DNA of 64,000 bases from Azospirillum sp. (GTDB lineage Bacteria; Pseudomonadota; Alphaproteobacteria; CACIAM-22H2). Both the position numbers and the translations under genes were made by a program. Where the stretch lies: positions 133 to 64,132 of the forward strand of contig JADCGK010000058.1 in the NCBI GenBank assembly GCA_020249045.1, given 5' to 3'. The first letter of the stretch is position 1. Each line of letters begins with the position of its first letter. Shown one piece after another: positions 59,724 to 64,000 of the stretch. The notes beneath the pieces were generated by a model. That model was not told the DNA's origin and ran no database searches. It saw nothing but the letters and a program-made list of their open reading frames with translations.

Positions 59724-60113
59724 TCACCCCGCGCGGGTTTCGGTCTGGAACACCTTCTGCGCGATCTGCCAACGCCCGTCGATCTTCAGCAGCGACAGCA
59801 GATCGACGAAGAAGCGCGGCGGGATGGCGCATTGCACCTTCACCGCCGCCATCGTCGGGCCGACGCGATCGATCGACATAATCCGGTCGTGGCGCGCGAG
59901 GCCTTGGGCCTTCGGCGACGGGCGCGTGCGCACGGCCGCGAGCCATTGCTCGCGCGGCACGATCTTGATTTCGCCGTCGACCGATTGGGCGAGCGCGCTG
60001 GTCGGGTGGAACGCGGCGGCCAGCTTATCGGCGTCGCCCTCGTAAAGGCCGTCGAGATAGGTGCGGACCGTCGCCTCGATGGCGGCGAGATCGGCGTCGA
60101 TTTCGGCGGACAT
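59724..60113 (-). CDS. NTF2-like (Lumazine_bd_2 family) protein
   Basis: YLDGLYEGD...AFHP, FVDLLSLLKIDGRWQI..KVF. Confidence 0.85.
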   Translation of the reverse strand: MSAEIDADLAAIEATVRTYLDGLYEGDADKLAAAFHPTSALAQSVDGEIKIVPREQWLAAVRTRPSPKAQGLARHDRIMSIDRVGPTMAAVKVQCAIPPRFFVDLLSLLKIDGRWQIAQKVFQTETRAG

Positions 60114-60116
60114 GGT

Positions 60117-60872
60117 TCAGTTTCCCTTCGGAGCGGCGGCGGCAATGGCGAGGAACTCGTCGGCCTTCAGCGCGGCGCCGCCGACGAGCGCGCCGTCGAC
60201 ATTCGCCACGGACAGCAATTCGGCGGCGTTCGCGGCCTTGACCGATCCGCCGTAAAGCACGCGGAACGCCGGACCGTCGGCGAAGCGCGCGACCAGATCG
60301 GCGCGTATCTTGGCGTGGATTTCGGCGACTTGGGCGGCGGTCGGCGTGCGGCCCGTGCCGATCGCCCAGACGGGTTCGTAGGCGACGACCAGCGTGGCGG
60401 CCGTGGCCGCCGCCGGGATCGAACCGGCAAGCTGCGCCGCCACGATCGCCAAGGCCGCGCCCGCGTCGCGCTCGGCCAGCGTTTCGCCGACGCATACGAT
60501 GGGCACGAGACCCGCGCGCATCCCCGCCTCCGCCTTCGCGCGTACGGCCGCATCGCCCTCGCCGTGATCGGCGCGGCGTTCGGAGTGGCCGACGATCACA
60601 TAGCGGCACCCGACGTCGCCGAGCATCTCGGCCGATACGTCGCCGGTGTGCGCGCCCGCAGGCTTGGCGTGGCAATCCTGGGCGCCGAGGGAGACCGGTG
60701 CGGCCCCCAAAACGCCCTTCACCGCGGCGAGCATCGGAAAGGGCGGGCACACCAGAAGTTCGGGCCCGCCCGCCCGCGCGCCGGCCGCGACGGCGGCGGC
60801 GAGGGCCGTCGCCTCGGCCAAGCGGCCGTTCATTTTCCAGTTTCCGGCGATCAAAGCGCGGGGTCGCGACAT
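60117..60872 (-). CDS. tpiA: Triosephosphate isomerase
   Basis: [40 protein letters not shown]. Confidence 0.98.
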   Translation of the reverse strand: MSRPRALIAGNWKMNGRLAEATALAAAVAAGARAGGPELLVCPPFPMLAAVKGVLGAAPVSLGAQDCHAKPAGAHTGDVSAEMLGDVGCRYVIVGHSERRADHGEGDAAVRAKAEAGMRAGLVPIVCVGETLAERDAGAALAIVAAQLAGSIPAAATAATLVVAYEPVWAIGTGRTPTAAQVAEIHAKIRADLVARFADGPAFRVLYGGSVKAANAAELLSVANVDGALVGGAALKADEFLAIAAAAPKGN

Positions 60873-61012
60873 CGGCGTTTCTCCGTTGGATTCGAGGCCG
60901 TTGTAGGGGGCCGCCGACCTCGCTGACAAGCGCCAAAGGGCGGTTGCGGACCCTCCGGTACGGCCCTATTCTCCCCCGCCTTCTCCACCGCCCCAGCGAG
61001 CCGCCCCGTTCA

Positions 61013-62890
61013 ATGCTTCAGACGATCCGCGAAAAGACGACCGGCACGGTCGTCAAAGTCCTGTTCGGCCTTCTGGTGCTGTCCTTCGCCTTGTGGGGGA
61101 TCGGGGATTACGCGTTCCTGCGCACGACCGACGAAACGGCGATCAAGGTCGGCCAAACGAGCGTGAGCCTCCAGCAGCTCGACCAGGAATACCGTCAGGC
61201 GCGCGACCGCCTGCGCCGGGCCTTCGGCGGCGAGGTCGACGAATCGCTGCTGCGCCAGTTCGGCGTGCTCGACCAGACCGTCGAACGCGCGACGACCCAA
61301 GCCGCACTCGACGAGGAGGCCCGCCGCCTCGGCCTGGTCGTGTCCGACGCGCTGGTGCGCACGCGCATCGCCAGCGATCCGACCTTCCAAGGGCCCACGG
61401 GGCAATTCGACCGTTTCCTGTTCCAGCGCCTGCTGTTCGAGAACGGCTTCTCCGAACAGCGTTTCGTCGAACTGGTGCGCGCGGACATCCGCCGCCAAGC
61501 GCTGCTCGACGCGTTCGAAATCGGCGCGGTCGTGCCGGCGGCGCTGGCCGACCGGGTCTATCGCCACCGCAACGAACGTCGCGCGGGCGAACGGGTGTTC
61601 GTGCCGGCGGCCGCGTTCCAGGACGTGGGCGAGCCCACCGAGGCGCAGCTGACCGAAACCTACGACGCGAACATCGAACGCTTCACCGCGCCCGAGTATC
61701 GCGCGGTGTCGGTCGTGCGCGTGGGCGTCGAGGAAGTCGAAGCGGCCATCCAGATCGACGCCAAGGCGCTGGAGGAGGAATTCGCCGCGCGGCGCGCCGA
61801 GTTCGACGTGCCCGAGCGGCGCGAGCTCAAGCAGATGCTGTTCGCGAACGAAGCCGAGGCGCGCGCGGCATTGGCGGCCATCGAAGGCGGCAAGACCTTC
61901 GATCAGGTGGCGGGCGAAACGCCCGGCCAGTCGCCCGAACGCGCCTCGCTGGGCGAAGTCACGCGCCGGGAAACGATCCCGGAAATCGCCGAGGCCGCCT
62001 TCGCGGGCGAAGCCGGCAAATCGATCGGCCCCGTGCGCACGCCCTTCGGCTGGCACGTCGTGCAGATCGTGTCGGTGAAGCCGGGCGAGGACGCCACGCT
62101 CGAAAGCGTGCGCGCGCGCATCGAACCCGATCTCAAGCGCCGCCTGGCGGCCGAGCGCGCCTTCGAAATCGCCAACCGCGTCGAAGACCAGATCACGCGC
62201 GGGCGCACGCTCGAAGACGCGGCCGCCGGCGCGGGCGCGAGCGTGGTCAAGGTCGCGGCCGTGGACGCGCGCGGACGCAACCCCGCGGGCGAGATCGAAA
62301 GCGCTTTTTCGGGCGCGCCCGAAGCGGTGCGCGCGGCGTTCGAAACGCCCGCCGGCCGCGAAAGCCAATTGATCGAAACGCGGACCGGGCCCTTCTTCGT
62401 GGTCCGGCCCGACGCGGTGACCCCCGCCCAACGCCGCCCGATGGCCGACGTGCGCGCGGAGGTGGTCGCGCTGTGGCAGGCCGAACGGCGCGACGAGCGC
62501 GCGGCCGAACGCGCGCGCGCGATCGTCGCGGCCGTCGAGGGCGGGGAGACGCTGGAGGCCGCGGCCTTGCGCTTGAACGTGCGCATCGAAACGATCGACC
62601 CCATCTTGCGCACCGGCGACGGCGCGCGTTTGCCCGCGCAGATCGCAGCACGGCTTTTCGCGCTCGAACCGGGCAAGCTTGCGACGGCGCCCGGCCTCGA
62701 AGGCCATTACGTCGTCCGGCTGACCCGGATCGTGCCCGCCGACCCCGCCGCCGATCCCAACGGCGTCGAACAGGTCCGCACGCAATTGCGCCGGGATATC
62801 GCGGGCGATCTGACGGCCGAATACGCGCAAGGCTTGCGCCAACGGCTGGGCACCACCGTCAACCGCGCGATCGTCGATCGGCTGAACTGA
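61013..62890 (+). CDS. ppiD: PpiD/SurA-like periplasmic chaperone with parvulin domain
   Basis: MLQ.IR plus TM (LVLSFALWGIGD), SurA-N region, GPVRTPFGWHVV; divergent from tpiA as in related genomes. Confidence 0.88.
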   Translation: MLQTIREKTTGTVVKVLFGLLVLSFALWGIGDYAFLRTTDETAIKVGQTSVSLQQLDQEYRQARDRLRRAFGGEVDESLLRQFGVLDQTVERATTQAALDEEARRLGLVVSDALVRTRIASDPTFQGPTGQFDRFLFQRLLFENGFSEQRFVELVRADIRRQALLDAFEIGAVVPAALADRVYRHRNERRAGERVFVPAAAFQDVGEPTEAQLTETYDANIERFTAPEYRAVSVVRVGVEEVEAAIQIDAKALEEEFAARRAEFDVPERRELKQMLFANEAEARAALAAIEGGKTFDQVAGETPGQSPERASLGEVTRRETIPEIAEAAFAGEAGKSIGPVRTPFGWHVVQIVSVKPGEDATLESVRARIEPDLKRRLAAERAFEIANRVEDQITRGRTLEDAAAGAGASVVKVAAVDARGRNPAGEIESAFSGAPEAVRAAFETPAGRESQLIETRTGPFFVVRPDAVTPAQRRPMADVRAEVVALWQAERRDERAAERARAIVAAVEGGETLEAAALRLNVRIETIDPILRTGDGARLPAQIAARLFALEPGKLATAPGLEGHYVVRLTRIVPADPAADPNGVEQVRTQLRRDIAGDLTAEYAQGLRQRLGTTVNRAIVDRLN

Positions 62891-62992
62891 CGGGCCCCCG
62901 CGGGGCCCGCGCGCGCGCTTGCGTTCGGACGGCGAGTGGGCTACATGCTCCCGCCCCCGGATGGCCCACGCGGCGCCGGGGATCCCGTTTGG

Positions 62993-63067
62993 GGCGGCGT
63001 AGCTCAGTGGTAGAGCAGGGGAATCATAATCCCTTGGTCGGGGGTTCAAATCCCTCCGCCGCTACCA
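62993..63067 (+). tRNA. tRNA-Met(CAT), probably elongator
   Basis: GGCGGCG acceptor stem, TAGCTCAGTGGTAGAGC D arm, TCATAA anticodon loop, GGTTCAAATCC T arm, encoded CCA. No C1 mismatch or GGG/CCC initiator triplet; no C4-C5 Ile2 signature. Confidence 0.93.
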
Positions 63068-63097
63068 AACCTTCCATCCTTCCGCGGCGATGTCGCG

Positions 63098-64000
63098 TCA
63101 GCGCTTGCGCGTGAGTTCGGCGAGCATTTCGTCGGCCGTCGCGACCAACCGCGCACCCGCCTGATAGGCGCGTTGCGCGGTCAGCGTGCGCACCATTTCG
63201 ACGCCCAGATCGACATTCGCCCCCTCGCGCGCATTCGCGGACAACGCCCCGCCGCCCGCGGCCGAAAGCCGGGCCTCCCCCGCCGCGGCCGATGCCGCGA
63301 AGGCCGCACCGTCGCGCGCGATCAACGCGCCGGGGGCGGCGAAGTGGGCCAAGGCGACGTCATACTGGGCGACGCGCCGGCCGTTCGAATAAAGCGCCTG
63401 GATGCGGCCCGAATCGTCGATCGCCGCACCGACGAAATCCCCGGCGGGATCGCCGTCCGCCCCGGCGCGCGCAACCGAAACGCCGGCGGCGGCGAAGGCC
63501 GTCGTACCGCCCGCGACCCCCAGCAGCGACGCCGCCCCTGGCGTCGGCGACGGCGCGCCGAACTCCACGTCGACCGATTGCCCGGGCGCCGACGCCAGCC
63601 CGGGCGCCGCGTAGCCGAGCGTCACGCGCCCGCCCGCGACGGCCCCCGCCAACGTCGCCGCATCGGTCGATTGCACGGCGATGGCGATCGGCAGACCCGC
63701 ATTCACGCCCGCGCCGGTGCCGAAGGTGAAATCGAGCGCGAGGGATTCCGTTCCGTTGGCCGATCCCGCCGGTGCCGTCAGCACCGCGCGCCATTGCGGC
63801 ACCGTGCCGGGGGCCGAGGCCGGGATCGCGACACTGCCCGTCGCCGGCCCTGCGGGCACGCCGGGCAGAACGCCGCCCGGCGTCGTCCGGTTCGACCATG
63901 TCACGGCGAAAGCGCGCACGATCCCTTGCGCATCGACGATCGACAGCGTGCCGCCATCGACCACCGTGCCGGACGGGGCGTTGGCGGGCAGGTTCGCGGC
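63098..64000 (-). CDS. Divergent FlgE-like flagellar hook/basal-body protein, C-terminal part (5' end outside the window)
   Basis: NLPA motif at the window edge, IDDSGRI.A.YSNG, VALA.F, EGANVDL..EM....AQRAYQA.AR..ATADEML. Confidence 0.8.
   Translation of the reverse strand, partial: AANLPANAPSGTVVDGGTLSIVDAQGIVRAFAVTWSNRTTPGGVLPGVPAGPATGSVAIPASAPGTVPQWRAVLTAPAGSANGTESLALDFTFGTGAGVNAGLPIAIAVQSTDAATLAGAVAGGRVTLGYAAPGLASAPGQSVDVEFGAPSPTPGAASLLGVAGGTTAFAAAGVSVARAGADGDPAGDFVGAAIDDSGRIQALYSNGRRVAQYDVALAHFAAPGALIARDGAAFAASAAAGEARLSAAGGGALSANAREGANVDLGVEMVRTLTAQRAYQAGARLVATADEMLAELTRKR

Noticed and set aside
56397-60926. 1509-aa plus-strand ORF
   Set aside because: Antisense shadow of CHAT, NTF2 and tpiA; no motifs; expected from GC-rich codon bias.
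62993-63067. tRNA(CAT) as initiator or Ile2, or as an att site
   Set aside because: It lacks initiator and TilS identity elements; no integrase or duplicated 3' end is present in the window.

Overview
A GC-rich chromosomal segment from an alphaproteobacterium, probably Rhodospirillales (inferred from gene content and order). It is mostly core genes: recJ (partial), glpX, hom, a PLP aminotransferase, phaC, asd, argC, rplM-rpsI, alaS, recA, ribE-ribB-ribH-nusB-thiL, bamE, hppA, eno, kdsA-pyrG, secG, tpiA, ppiD and a tRNA-Met. Between these sit a flagellar motor/chemotaxis cluster (two tandem fliL, fliM, DUF6468-like, motE, cheY, cheZ, a large TPR protein, a third FliL-like gene and a divergent flgE-like gene) and small accessory modules (LysR-PrpF-TctCBA, TRAP+SnoaL, hybrid kinase+PAS, diguanylate cyclase, pirin, TPR-CHAT lipoprotein). 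I found no CRISPR array, IS element, integrase or prophage. The leads most worth checking are: (1) an exported TPR-CHAT caspase-like lipoprotein with an intact His/Cys dyad; (2) the asd terminator, which also holds the promoter and start codon of an orphan secreted protein; (3) two fliL promoters sharing CtrA boxes and an unexplained 11-bp motif; (4) asd and cdd alleles that look non-alphaproteobacterial; (5) repeated leaderless promoter architecture. All product names come from motif recognition by eye, not database searches.
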